The position numbers and the translations under genes were made by a program. The notes under the pieces are model-generated. The model did no database searches. It had not been told where the DNA came from and saw only the letters and a list, made by a program, of their open reading frames with translations. A stretch of 64,000 nucleotides of DNA from NCBI GenBank assembly GCA_963727775.1, contig CAVSHB010000001.1:512001-576000 (forward strand), read 5' to 3'. Below are positions 63,413 through 64,000 of the stretch, piece after piece (positions within the stretch are counted from its first letter, which is position 1; the number at the start of each line of letters is the position of its first letter). This DNA is from an uncultured Nitrospiraceae bacterium. GTDB taxonomy: Bacteria; Nitrospirota; Thermodesulfovibrionia; Thermodesulfovibrionales; SM23-35.

Positions 63413-64000
63413 ATATACAGGAGTATCATAAAGGGATTGAAAAGCTTCAGAAGGGTATGACAATTCAAAAGGTCGATGGAGAACTTCTTTTTGCCAGTAA
63501 AGGCTACACTTTGTTCAGGTCTTCAGACGCGGGCAATACATGGACGGAAGACGGGCGTATAAAGGCAGGGTTGTTGCAGCGGGTATTGAATCCATTTCCG
63601 GTGCTGAGACGAATCAGTCGCGGCGGTATTTACTATGCTCTGACTCCGGAGGATGGTTCAAGATTATGTATTGTCTCCGGTATGATTGTTCGCGCCGAAG
63701 CAGGCTCTCCAATCTATAAATGTGTTTTCCGGTTTTCCAGAGGGTCCCGTCCTTTAAACCTCTGCCGAGGCAGTGACGGAAAAATTTACTGGGGTGAGTA
63801 TTTTCTTAATCTTAGGAGGTCGGAGCCTGTCCGCATTTTCTGCTCGGAAGACGGAGGAAAAAACTGGAGTGTTATATATACCTTCCCCAAGGGAGAAATC
63901 TGCCACGTGCACAGGATAGTCTATGACCCTTATGATAAGGCTTTATTGGTATGTACCGGTGACAGGGACCATGAGGTAGCTATTCTGAAAACAACCGACG
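63409..64000 (+). CDS. BNR/Asp-box beta-propeller protein (partial, runs off the window)
   Basis: ATGA overlap with the GT4 gene; Asp-boxes RSSDAGNTW and SEDGGKNW; WGEY and HVHRIVYDPY. Confidence 0.75.
   Translation, partial: MNIQEYHKGIEKLQKGMTIQKVDGELLFASKGYTLFRSSDAGNTWTEDGRIKAGLLQRVLNPFPVLRRISRGGIYYALTPEDGSRLCIVSGMIVRAEAGSPIYKCVFRFSRGSRPLNLCRGSDGKIYWGEYFLNLRRSEPVRIFCSEDGGKNWSVIYTFPKGEICHVHRIVYDPYDKALLVCTGDRDHEVAILKTTD

Overview
The window is from an AT-leaning bacterium, probably an anaerobe that decodes selenocysteine; the lineage cannot be fixed from the sequence. Bases 1-2950 hold a decayed minus-strand operon (gene fragment, caspase/peptidase-C14-like gene, TPR lipoprotein) interrupted by an apparently intact 1274-bp IS3-family element with 30-bp inverted repeats and a 3-bp target duplication. 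Bases 3.1-6.6 kb hold a peptidoglycan-recycling module (ampG, DUF1460 amidase, nagA). Two oppositely oriented copies of a structured repeat lie between the amidase and nagA, and an unlisted 71-aa glutaredoxin-like gene with two in-frame TGA codons and SECIS-like hairpins follows nagA. From 6.7 kb to the window end runs a >57-kb all-plus-strand surface-polysaccharide locus headed by an RfaH-like NusG paralogue and an ops site. It contains rmlACDB, manC, gmd, fcl, uxs, a pseudaminic-acid-type block, wzm/wzt, many glycosyltransferases, ten methyltransferase domains, a sulfotransferase fusion, GT-C-type membrane proteins and a heparinase-like protein. In the pse block, an ATP-grasp/KamA-like radical SAM fusion sits where pseH usually lies. 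The locus shows cassette-swapping scars, in-frame 7-nt tandem repeats inside enzymes, and about a dozen frameshifts that may be assembly errors.
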